NCBI RefSeq assembly: GCF_006345805.1
Contig: NC_043003.1
Coordinates: 6,758,001-6,822,000, forward strand
Reading direction: 5' to 3'
Source of the DNA: Octopus sinensis
Lineage: Eukaryota
DNA: 64,000 nucleotides
Shown here: positions 1 to 10,259 of the stretch, in pieces
How the letters are laid out: every line of letters starts with the position of its first letter
Position numbering within the stretch: the stretch's first letter is position 1
Notes under the pieces: model-generated
Told to the model about the DNA's origin: nothing
The model's database searches: none
What the model saw: only the letters and a program-made list of their open reading frames with translations
Program-made: the position numbers and the translations under genes

Positions 1-560
1 ATCATCATCATCATCATCATCATTTAACGTCCGCTTTCCATGCTAGCATGGATTGGACGAATGACTGAGGGTTGGCGAACCAGATGGCTGCACCAGGCTC
101 CAATCTTGATCTGGCAGGGTTTCTACAGCTGGATGCCCTTCCTAATGCCAACCACTCTGAGAGTGTAGTGGGTGCTTTTACGTGCCACCAGCACGGGGGC
201 CAGTCAGGCGGCACTGGCAATGACCTCGCTTGAATCTTTTTACACATGCCACCGGCACAGGTGCCAGTAAGGCGATGCTGGTAATGATCACGCTTGAATG
301 GTGTCTTTTGCGTGCCACCGGCATGGAGGCAAGATAGTCGCTCTGGCAACGATCGCACTCGGATGGTGCTCTTAACACCCTACTAGCACGGGGCTTGATT
401 CCCAGTAAGGCGACGCTGGTAAAGATCACACTCGAACGGTACCTTTTAAGTGCCACTGGCACTGAAGCCGGTTAGCCGCTCTGTCAATGATCACACTTGT
501 ATGGTGCTCTTTTCACCCCGCTATCACGGACGCCAGTCATCGAATTTGATTTTGATTTTG
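1..560 (-). mobile_element. RTE LINE 3' UTR fragment with (GAT)n tail
   Basis: (ATC)n at 1-23 followed by the same 3' UTR (ctggatgcccttcctaatgccaacc) that ends the RTE copy at 48581-50512. Confidence 0.8.
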
Positions 561-564
561 ATAC

Positions 565-980
565 AAGGACAAATTCTGGACTTGTAAAGATACAAAATAG
601 CTTTGAATGTGAGCTAGTCCTTTGACCAATACAATGAGCCAATTTTGGGGGAAGCAGACCAACCAATTGATTGTAAGAACCCCAAGAAAGTTCAGGTGAG
701 AAAGTAAAACCAAGCAGATTCGAAGAAGACCTTTCCTCAAGTGGTTTCATCGTCTCACCATGTGATGCCGCAGACATGTAATTCATGTAAATGAGAGAAA
801 GATAGGGGTCATGCTTCCTAGTGAAAGACAAGTTTGGTCTTGCCAAGGTTGAAAGTTACCAGCCATATCTCACCCAACTTTTTAATAGCCTGCAGGTCCA
901 CCACAAGACTATTACTAAATTCCGGCCATGTCAAGTGAAAGTGATTTCTAGAAAAACCAAAATAGTGTCATCAGTGTAAA
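565..980 (-). mobile_element. Decayed CR1/Jockey-like LINE reverse transcriptase fragment
   Basis: Minus-strand translation gives INVYTDDT (YADD-like) then SSNLLGFTFSPELSWGSY, typical of the RT C-terminal part; several stops. Confidence 0.6.
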
Positions 981-1012
981 CATTGATGAATTGAAGAACA
1001 TTGGCAGAAAGA

Positions 1013-1868
1013 TCATCATTATCATCATCATCATCGTTTAATGTCCGTTTTCTATGCTGGCATGGGTTGGAGGGTTGGACAGTTCGACCGGGGTTGGGGA
1101 AGCCAGGAGACTGCACCAGGCTCCAATCTGATCTGGCGGTGTTTCTACAGCTGGATGCTCTTCCTAATGCCAACTACTCCATGAGTGTAGTGGGTGCTTT
1201 TTACGTACCAGGGGAGGCTGGCAGCGGCCACAATCAGTTGATGCTTTTTATGTGTCACTGGCACAGAAGCCAGTCAAGGCGGCGCTGGCATCGGTCATGT
1301 TTGGATGGTGCTTTTTACGTGCCACCAGCACAGGTATCACAACTACAATTTCCATTTGATATTTATTTTGATGTTGATAAACTTGACTCAATAGGTCTCC
1401 TGAAGCACAGCAGATCACCCTACGATCCAAGGTAAGCACAGCAGGTCGTTCTGCAATCCAAGGTACTTTGAATGGGCTGGGGCTGCTATGTGAAGCTGGT
1501 GCGGGAAACAGCCATGAACTTACGTTATTTGTCGGGTCTTCGCAGTCACAGCATATCTCCAGAGGTCTCGGTCTTTCGTCATTGCCTCTGTGAGACCCAA
1601 CGTTCGACGGTCATGCTTGACCACCTCATCCCATGTCTTACTGGGTCTATCTCTACCCAGGATTCCTTCAACTGTTTGAGAGTGGCATTTCTTCACACAT
1701 CTCTCCTCATCCATCCGTAGTTCATGACCATACTAGTGCAGACATCTCTCTTGCACGCCATATCCACTACTTCTTATGTCCAGCATTTCTCTCAGGGCAA
1801 TTACACTCTGTCGTGTAATCACACTGACATTACACATCCAGTGGATCATGCTATATTTTTATTATGAA
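1013..1868 (-). mobile_element. 5'-truncated RTE LINE 3' end
   Basis: (ATC)n tail, 3' UTR and ORF end MDEERCVKKCHSQTVEG...KTWDEVVKHDRRTLGL matching the C-terminus of ORF 48926-49900. Confidence 0.85.
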
Positions 1869-2172
1869 CTAGCAGTATCGCCCGGCGTTGCTCAGGTTTG
1901 TAAGGGAAATAACTATATAAGCATTTTTAGAGAGTTACTTCCCTTATATAATAGCAAAAAATGCATTAAAAGTGGGGAAAAAATGATGGTAAATTTTTGT
2001 TTTTAATCGTAGACTCATCGTAGACGCGCGCTAATACCCAGAAGGGCTCGATATGAATCACGACTATAAGATACCCGCTTTTGGTTAAACTGCACCGCAA
2101 AATGTGGGAGTAGTTAGGAATCTAAATCGTAGGAGACAGACACTCACACAACTTCACTTTTATATATAAAGA
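1869..2172 (-). mobile_element. Non-autonomous Helitron derivative
   Basis: Minus strand reads A|TC...GC-rich subterminal hairpin...CTAG|T with no TSD; same family at 60138-60535, shared 3' end with 9699-10070. Confidence 0.75.
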
Positions 2173-2354
2173 TTTATCTATATCTATATTTATATTTATA
2201 TTATACTCTGTCATGTATGCACACTATTACACATCCAGCGGATCATGCTATATTTTTATTATGAATTTATTTATATATATATTTATATTTATATTATACT
2301 CTGTCATGTATGCACACTATTACACATCCAGCGGATCATTCATATAAAAGAGAA

Positions 2355-2560
2355 ATAGAATTGGATCAACAGTGTTGAGAAACGCCAGCATTGATGGCAT
2401 ACTCAGAGGTAATGCTGTCCGGAGTCACGCACAACAATCAGAAAGAAATGATGTGGTAACATCAAAGACCTTTCCACTTATGCCCAAGGGTAGAGAGCTT
2501 ATGGAGAAGACCAGTATGCCAGACCCCATGAAAGGCTTGATCTATATCAAATGCTATAGA
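2355..2560 (-). mobile_element. Upstream piece of the decayed CR1/Jockey-like RT
   Basis: Minus frame FDIDQAFHGVWHTGLLHKLSTLG...SEYAINAGVSQ resembles RT motifs LDxSKAFDxVWH and NAGVPQG; collinear with 565-980. Confidence 0.6.
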
Positions 2561-2642
2561 ACACACTCACATAAATCAGTAAATTTGAAATTTTGAAAAA
2601 ATTGAGATGTGTGTGTGCTCACTCTTTTCCTTTACACATCAA

Positions 2643-3016
2643 GGATCTTTTCGGTTTGAACGGCAGTTTTTTCCTAGCCGTGTCATATGAAATTGTCACC
2701 CATAATTATGACCCTAGTATCGATCTATTGCATTTCAATCTGTTTTAGGGTTAGGGTTAGAGTTAGGGTTAGTTAGGGTTAGGGTTAGGGACATATTCAA
2801 ACGGCACAGAATGTTTTCACCTCAATAGACGTCATTGATTGGTTGAAATTGCAGAAATTGAAGAAAAAAAACAACAAATATCTTACAAACCAAAGAATTT
2901 TCTCAATAAAGCCAAGAGAAAAAGATGTTTTATAAACACATTCTACCAGTATACGAAGTAGTGTTTAGTTAGGTGGAAATTATTTTTAAAAACTGCCGGT
3001 CAAACCGAAAAGATCC
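2643..3016. mobile_element. MITE with GG...CC TIRs and 8-bp TSD (Merlin-like)
   Basis: TIR ggatcttttcggtttgaacggcagttttt / aaaaactgccggtcaaaccgaaaagatcc; TSD cacatcaa at 2635-2642 and 3017-3024; internal ggttag repeats. Confidence 0.8.
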
Positions 3017-3516
3017 CACATCAAATTCAAATATATTCGTAATTTACACTCTCTGAAAGGTGTTTGTAACAAATTTCACCCACGGGAAAATCTTTTTCGC
3101 AACAAATTGCATTATAAACGAAATCTACCTCATCTGAAGCTGATTTCTAGAAAATTTCCCCCCAAAATATCTATTTTCTGGAAGTAATGGGGAAACAAAA
3201 TTAAGGGTGGGGTACACTTGGGGAGACGCCCATGTTCAGATCACTGCAGGACAAGTGCTTACTGTCTGACGTTGAGGGTATGAATTTGATTTCGAGATCA
3301 TAAGGATCTGATGAACCTTCTCTGTAACATTCGCGTGACATGGCTTGGCAGAGGTGTGGAATTTTTATACTCCTATCCAGGAGTAGTTAAATCGATTATA
3401 TTGACCCCAGTGCTCAACTGGTACTTCTATACATACTCCGTGAAAGGATGGTTGGATGTACCTCTTTAATAAGGTTGTCTGCTAAAATTGTTATTGGTGT
3501 CAGGCAAAATACATAT

Positions 3517-3728
3517 CGGAAGTACTTCCGGCCTTTTATATTTTCAGTTTAAATTCTACCCATTTTAACTTTACGTCCTCCAATGGGTGATAAAAAAAAT
3601 ACCTGTTAATTACTGGAATCTTGTGTAACGGACTACACCCTCTGATCCTTAACATTGCTGGTTTTGTGTCCAAATTCGAAACAATTGTTTGACTGAAACA
3701 AACTCGAATCCGTTGCAGGGTGACGTCA
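3517..3728 (+). promoter_or_regulatory. Candidate promoter of caspase-like gene 1 (ETS palindrome and CRE)
   Basis: Perfect palindrome cggaagtacttccg 3517-3530 and TGACGTCA 3721-3728, 50 bp upstream of the ATG; similar TGACGTGA and CAGGAAGT precede gene 2. Confidence 0.35.
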
Positions 3729-3777
3729 GTTTTTGCCATTGCTGGAGACGTAAACCCGGAAAACGAATCGGTTCACC

Positions 3778-4524
3778 ATGGCGGCCACGGCCTCAAGCCC
3801 AGTGGAGGAAGATGTCTTCGACTGTTTTGATCATTACGATAAAATCCCTACAAAAAACAGTGTCGCCTATATTTTCAGCAATGTGACTTTCAGGAACAAC
3901 GAAATTCGTGATGCTTCAACCGAAGACAATAATTTATTCAAAGAGGCATTAATAAATCTTGGATTTAGCGCTGAAAATATCAAAGAATATGTTGATATGG
4001 AAACCAGTGATATACCGGGAAAATTCGATGAAGACTTTGATTATCCCGAGATTGATTGTTTTGTTTGTGCAATTCTGAGTTATATGCTCCCAGAGAACCT
4101 TATCCGTACATACGACAAGGCCATACCGTTAAATAAAATACTTACATGTGTCGAAGATGCATCATATTTAAAAGATAAACCTAAATTAATTTTTGTGGTA
4201 ACAACTCCTCGGCATTGCGATAATGCTATCGAAAAATGCGATGCTGATACCATCGGATTTGAAGAAGAACATACCACCCCACGGACTGCAGATATGCTCG
4301 TCGTTTGTTCGTCCAGCGACAATACCACAAGAAGCTCATATTTTATGAAGTTTTTACACAAAGTTCTGGAAGAATGTGGTAACAAATATGATATTATGAC
4401 GATTTTGGCAGCTGTTTCAAACTGTATTAAAGAGGAAATCGAAAGCAATGAACAGATGCCCTGCATCATGTCGACGTTAACGAAGCAACTGAAATTCGAA
4501 CGTAGTACCAACAACACAGTATAG
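3778..4524 (+). CDS. Intronless caspase-like protein 1 (peptidase C14A p20/p10 fold), predicted inactive, 248 aa
   Basis: DCFVCAILS, KDKPKLIFV, PRTADMLV and QMPCIMSTLTKQLKF match effector-caspase motifs; SHG replaced by SYM and QACRG by TTPRH. Confidence 0.85.
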   Translation: MAATASSPVEEDVFDCFDHYDKIPTKNSVAYIFSNVTFRNNEIRDASTEDNNLFKEALINLGFSAENIKEYVDMETSDIPGKFDEDFDYPEIDCFVCAILSYMLPENLIRTYDKAIPLNKILTCVEDASYLKDKPKLIFVVTTPRHCDNAIEKCDADTIGFEEEHTTPRTADMLVVCSSSDNTTRSSYFMKFLHKVLEECGNKYDIMTILAAVSNCIKEEIESNEQMPCIMSTLTKQLKFERSTNNTV

Positions 4525-4622
4525 TTTATTTTATATGGAACATTCTCCGACAAGGCGCAGGTAAAGAATACATACACCACCGGGTTTCGGCGTAACAAAA
4601 ACCCTAAACCCTAACCGTCGGG

Positions 4623-4931
4623 GGTACTACTCGAGAACAGTGGTCCCGGTGCGCGCACTCGCGTAGTCGCGCATCCGCGCTAGCTAGTCGATCCTTTGTG
4701 TTTTTGTATGTTATTTACTTTGAGTTTTTGTGTTTTATTTACTTTGTTGAACAAAAATTCTTTACTTTGTGTTTTATTTACTTCGTTTTAAAACATTATT
4801 TACTTGGTGTAAAATTTTTTTTATTTATTTTGTGTTTTATTTACTTTGCTAAGGTAGTCGTTGTAGGATCGACTAGTTACGACTAGCTAGCGCGAGTGCG
4901 CGCACCGGGACCCCTGTTCTCAAGTAGTACC
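4623..4931. mobile_element. MITE with long GGTACTAC TIRs and 9-bp TSD (Merlin-like)
   Basis: TIR ggtactactcgagaacagtggtcc / ggacccctgttctcaagtagtacc; TSD accgtcggg / accctcggg; inserted in a smaller inverted-repeat element (~4553-4963). Partial copy ~7624-7730. Confidence 0.8.
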
Positions 4932-6020
4932 ACCCTCGGGTGTACGTATTCTTTACCTTCGCCACCGTGATTTAAAATGACAAAATTCTAAAGTTCTGCC
5001 CTTCACACCCACTTGTGCCGTACGAAGATAAAATGTAGTTTGACATTTGAGACCTAAAACTTAATTTTTTAATATATTTTAATGTAGACGATGCATAAAA
5101 TACAAATCCTAAACTTAAATTGTTAAACAGATAACTCTAGTATTTTTCATTATTTTAATTTGTTTTAATTGTTAAAATAATTAAAGCTTTATTCGATCTT
5201 TTAAATAATCTGTAATGAACAATTTACGCAGTTTTGGTTCTTAGGGCAATCAAGTCATTTGATGTCTAGAAAAACGAATCAGAACTTATGTAATTATTCA
5301 TTCTTAATCAAGTCCTACAGATTATCTTAATTGATGTTATAATATTTTGTCTACGGGCGCATGTGGCGGAGACGTAACCCGACCCCCCCCCCACCGCTGT
5401 CTATATCGAAAATTTTATTAGAAAATATCAATTTTTATGAAAGTTAAAGGGAAACAGAGTTTGTGTGAGATTTGGCTGTTATTTCTAGCATATGGATAGC
5501 CTGCTTGAAGGCTGTAGAATCGGGAGGGGAGAGATGTGTTTTTTTGGGGGGAGCGGGGTTTTCTTTTTTGAAAAATCGAAATTTTACAAACAATTTTTGT
5601 TCAGAATCATAATCTCCGTATTTTTCTACGTATTTCACCCCACAAAAAATTCTGGAAAAATGAAGAAATGAGAAAGTGGGGGGGAGGGGGGATTGAAGTT
5701 GCGATTTTTGCCAGTTTTTTTTTTTTTTTCCAGAATCGAAATCACACCCGAAAAAGGGGTTTCTGTAAAAAAAAAAGAAAAGAAAAAATTAATTAGAAAA
5801 AAAAGTGGGAGAGTTGGGTTAGGTTAGGTGGTCTCCGCCCTATCTGCCCTATTTCCGATTGCATGCTGGTAACTCACAAAAAGGGACCAAAATCCCCAAA
5901 AGAATACTACTCACACATCTGAGTGTTGAGCTGATTTTGAATTTTGGAAATATATTAAATATTCCATATATATATTTCGAAACGAAGGAACTGAATTTAT
6001 TAAGCTTTGCCCTTGTGTAA

Positions 6021-6058
6021 TGACGTGAGCTGAGAGAACCTGCTGATAACCAGGAAGT
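6021..6058 (+). promoter_or_regulatory. Candidate promoter motifs of caspase-like gene 2
   Basis: TGACGTGA 6021-6028 and CAGGAAGT 6051-6058 just upstream of the ATG at 6085. Confidence 0.3.
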
Positions 6059-6084
6059 AAAGTTGGACTTGTGTGGATTTCAAC

Positions 6085-6798
6085 ATGTCTGACTTAACCG
6101 CGGTAGATATCATGAAGTATTTCGCTGTTTATGAAATGACACAAAATAAGAGAAGAGTAGCCTACATTTTCAAGAATAAACCGTTCCCAAAAGACGTAGA
6201 AAACATTCGAAATGCCTTAAAAGTGCTTGGATTTAATGAAACAGATATCAAAGTACACACGTTCGAAGAAATGCCTATGGTTTCTAAAGAGTTTAATGAC
6301 GATGATATTGATTGCATTTTTTGTGTAATTCTGAAAAATGTGGAATTGGATAACGAATTTACGGACGTGGCGGAGGTTCACAATTTGCTTTCTTATCTGA
6401 AGACCGATAAATGTCCATTATTAGCCGGAATACCTAAATTAATTTTTGTTGAAGCTTCGCGAGGAAGTAAGCCTGATACAGCAGAAACCCAGCCGAACGT
6501 TAATGAAAACGAGGAACTAATTTCGAAATGTCAAATTGAGGAAGATACGCTGATCTACTTTTCATCGTGCCTTGGTTATCCATCTTTTAATAATGAAAGT
6601 AATGGGTCGTGGTTTATTAGCACCCTAAGTAAAATTTTGGTAAAATATGGCACCATTTACGAAATGATGGTACTTTTAACAGGTGTTTCTAAGCATGTTG
6701 CTTCGTTCGTATTTAAAAGCGAAACCCTGCCCGAATTTTCAAAATGCAAGCAAATGCCCTGCATTATGTCGAAACTAACTAAACAACTCAAGTTTTAA
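6085..6798 (+). CDS. Intronless caspase-like protein 2, predicted inactive, 237 aa
   Basis: YEMTQNKRRVAYIF, CPLLAGIPKLIFVEASRG, GYPSF...GSWFI and KQMPCIMSKLTKQLKF align with caspase-3/7; His-Gly replaced by KNV and catalytic Cys by Ser. First ATG at 6085. Confidence 0.88.
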   Translation: MSDLTAVDIMKYFAVYEMTQNKRRVAYIFKNKPFPKDVENIRNALKVLGFNETDIKVHTFEEMPMVSKEFNDDDIDCIFCVILKNVELDNEFTDVAEVHNLLSYLKTDKCPLLAGIPKLIFVEASRGSKPDTAETQPNVNENEELISKCQIEEDTLIYFSSCLGYPSFNNESNGSWFISTLSKILVKYGTIYEMMVLLTGVSKHVASFVFKSETLPEFSKCKQMPCIMSKLTKQLKF

Positions 6799-7063
6799 CC
6801 TCGAACCTCAAATCTAGTTTTACTATAAATGGAACATGCTCCTTCAAGAGAGAGTAAAGTACTTTTTCATATTGACAAATTCTATGCTTTTCCCTTTCAC
6901 ACACAAGCATGCAACAAACTTTAATTTTTACATATCTTACCTCAAACTTAAATTGCTAAAAGATAAATATATTTTCCATTTATTTTTCAGTGTGTGACCT
7001 CGTCTGTACCACTAGCGATTTTTTTCCCCTGTCTTCCCTTCTCTGGATCTTTTCTTCTCCTAT

Positions 7064-7098
7064 GTTTCCGACGAAGAGCTCCGCTCGAAACGTCAAAC
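7064..7098 (+). ncRNA. Hammerhead ribozyme-like motif (minimal type I, variant core)
   Basis: GUUU-CCGACGA-A-GAGC(UCC)GCUC-GAA-ACGU-C-AAAC: stems I and II pair, stem III is palindromic; core has U4>C. Confidence 0.55.
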
Positions 7099-8168
7099 CC
7101 TCCTTCTTCCCTTATTTCCTGAGCGTCCAATAATACTTTATTTGTTCAACGTCCTTGCGTTGTTGTGTTTTTGTTTTCTTGTTTAGATTAACTTTATATA
7201 TAGATATATACATGATTGTTAAAATGATTATAAGCTTTGTTCGATTCCTTAAATATGCTATATTTTTTAATATGCATTTGGCGAGGGCCATATATATATT
7301 TTCGGCTACAAACGTGTTTTAAAGAAACAGAATCATTTTTACTTCGAAATATGACTTGACATTATATATATACGTCTGTTTCACAATGTCTCAAACGTTT
7401 AAACTGCACTAATAACATTTTCTGATGTTAACACGAAGTTCGGACAAACTTTTAATTGTTTGTATGGCCGATTTATTAAAGTTTCAATATTGAATGCCTT
7501 TTCGTTATTCCTCTTCTTCACTGTACTTTACCATTTTGATATCTGTAAACAATCTTTATTTAACACAGGAACTTTCTCGAATACCGTCGAAAATTATTTT
7601 TTTATGTCAGATGGTGACTTAATGGTACTATTTGAGAACAGTGGTCCCAGTGCGCGCACTCGTGCATCCGCGCTAGCTAGTCATGACTAGTCTATCCTTT
7701 GTGTTTTTGTGTGTTATTTACTTTGTTTAAAAAATTATGTGTAAAAAATAATATTATCTGATTTATCTGATGTTTGGCCAAAATATCAAATTGATCGAAA
7801 CACTACGTAATATAAAACATGAAGTAACTGCAAACGTGTGTCCGCCTCATTCGAATTTGTTTCTTCGTAATTTTCATAAAAATGGATATTTTTAAATGGT
7901 GAAAATTGCAGTTTTACTGGAATTTAATGCAAAAAAAAAAAAAGTGGTCGGCGGGTATTGATTCTTAGAAAGTTTCTAATTTCTAATTTCAGGTACAAAA
8001 GTACCTGAAAGTGTGTCACAAGTGGCCACCCGCCATTTTTTCTTCTCTCTCTTTAAATTAAGATATAATCGTAATCTAACGAATCTGAAAGATTTTTGCA
8101 GAAAATTTCATTCAAAAATATCCGTGAGAAAACAAATTCGTGCGTGAGGAGGGGCACACTTCTGCATA

Positions 8169-8557
8169 CTCTTTTACTTGTTTCAGTCAATTGACTGCGG
8201 CCATGCTGGAGCACCGCCTTTTTAATCGAGCAACTCGACACCGGGACTTATTCTTTATAAGCCCAGTACTTATTCTATCGGTCTCATTTTGCCGAACCGC
8301 TAAGTGACGGGGACATAAACACATCAGCATCGGTTGTCAAGCAATGCTAGGGGGACAAACACATACACACACACACACACAGAGGCATATATACGACAGG
8401 CTTCTTTCAGTTTCCGTCTACCAAATCCACTCACAAGGCATTGGTCGGCCCGGGGCTATAGCAGAAGACACTTGCCCAAGATGCCACGCAGTGGGACTGA
8501 ACCCGGAACCATGTGGTTGGTTAGCAAGCTACTTACCACACAGCCACTCCTATGCCT
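8169..8557 (-). mobile_element. tRNA-derived SINE, family A
   Basis: A box TGGCTGTGTGG and B box GGTTCAGTCCC at the head, internal (TA)(TG) tract; matches copies at 18361, 24821, 62707, 63751. Confidence 0.85.
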
Positions 8558-9011
8558 ATAAATAAACACATTTTAAAAAAATCATAACAGAATTGCTGTT
8601 AAATCGACCATTATCAACTCGATGCCAAATCATTACGCGCACAGAAACTTATTTTATCATATGTATGTGCATAATACATCTCTGTATGTAGGTGCGTGTA
8701 TATTATATACATTCAATTACAAGAATTGTGAAAATAAGGGGAGGTTACTCTTTATCCTTATGTTCCTGAACTCGCAATTATTAGGCTGGTGCGTAATTAT
8801 TGCGGCTTTTTTTTTTTTTCCAATAAATTTTATTCAACAAAAACAATAACAACCTTTATAACAAAATGCATCTTTAAATGATTATTCCGGAGCATATTCA
8901 TCATATACTTCAATTTCTACTTGGCGTTTTGTTTAAATTTTTTGTTGAATAAAATTTATTTTTAAAAAACCGCAATAATTATGCACCAACGTAATAGAAA
9001 TACCCAAATTA

Positions 9012-9467
9012 AAGGCTGGCAGAATCGTTAGCAGGCCGGGCGAAAAGCTTAGCGGTATTTCGTCTGCCGCTACGTTTCTGAGTTCAAATTCCGCTGAGGT
9101 CGACTTTGCCTTTCATCCTTTCGGGGTCGATTAAATAAGTACCTATTTCTTTACTACCCGCAAGGGGCTAAACACAGAGTGGACAAACAGAGACAGACAA
9201 ACGGATTAAGTCGATTATATCGACCCCAGTGCGTAACTGGTACTTATTTAATCGACCCCGAAAGGATGAAAGGCAAAGTCGACCTCGGCGGAATTTGAAA
9301 TCAGAACGCAGCGGCGGAAATACCATAAAGCATTTCGCCCGGAGTGCTAACGTTTCTGCCAGCTCGCCGCCTTAAAATAAGTACCAGTTACGCACTGGGA
9401 TCGATATAATCGACTTAATCCCTTTGTCCCTTTTGTGTTTAGCCCCTTGTGGGCAGTAAAGAAATAA
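9012..9467. mobile_element. SINE family B copy (+) interrupted by an inverted copy of the same family (9144-9374, -)
   Basis: Central tttcatcctttcggggtcgattaaataagtacc domain; TSD aaataagtacc at 9133-9143 and 9375-9385. Confidence 0.85.
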
Positions 9468-9698
9468 GAAATACCTGAATTACCATTAACGACTGGAGTT
9501 TTATTAAACGTTGTGATAATTACATTTTGGTTCGTATGTATGAATATTCGTTTTTGTTTTTTGTATTTTTCAATAGGAGCTTTGATGAAGACTGCTAATG
9601 AAAGCATAGGGATTCAATTTTTAAAAATGCCGAAATAACAGGAAAATAAAATTTTATTTGTCACTTCCCAAATATCATAGGTTTGATTACATTTAATA

Positions 9699-10070
9699 CT
9701 AGCAGTATCGCCCGGCGTTGCTCGGGTTTGTAAGGGAAATAACTATAAAGCATTTTTAGATAGTTATAGCCAAAAAATTGGGAAAAAATGATGGTAAATT
9801 TTTTTTTTAGTTAAAAAGGTCGATGTGCGTCCCCTAGACAGTCTGTGGTTTGTGTTTCTGATTCTCGACCCCATGTCGAATTTATCGATTTTCTTCAGAA
9901 CTGGGGGAACTTTCCAAATTTTTCGCTGCGTTAGTTTTGAATTATGACATTGGGCTATGTGTGTGTCAAGTTTCATCAGAATCGGTTGAAAGCCGTGGTC
10001 AGGGTGAGGGTACAAGCAAACAGACACACAGAAACACACACAGACAAACTGCCGTTTATATATAGAGAGA
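9699..10070 (-). mobile_element. Non-autonomous Helitron derivative
   Basis: A|TC start and CTAG|T end on the minus strand; 3' end shared with 1869-2172. Confidence 0.72.
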
Positions 10071-10259
10071 TGAAAGAAAAATGCCGAAGTCAATGAGTCA
10101 CTTGTTTCTCGACATTGTTATTTTCTATAATAAATACTCTTCCTAATTTCATAAATGTATGAGTGTAAGTATAAAAAACTACCAAAATATATCCTTATTT
10201 AGACATGAGTTACATGATCTTACAAACAAGTTATATACATTTTTAAGAAGTTTTCAAAG

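Noticed and set aside
20-1439. Recurring 60-150 aa ORFs such as LQLDALPNANHS or ALGRASSCRN here and across the window
   Set aside because: Spurious frames of the RTE 3' UTR and SINEs, not genes.
2748-2790. TTAGGG-like repeats
   Set aside because: Short degenerate tracts inside MITEs, not telomeric arrays.
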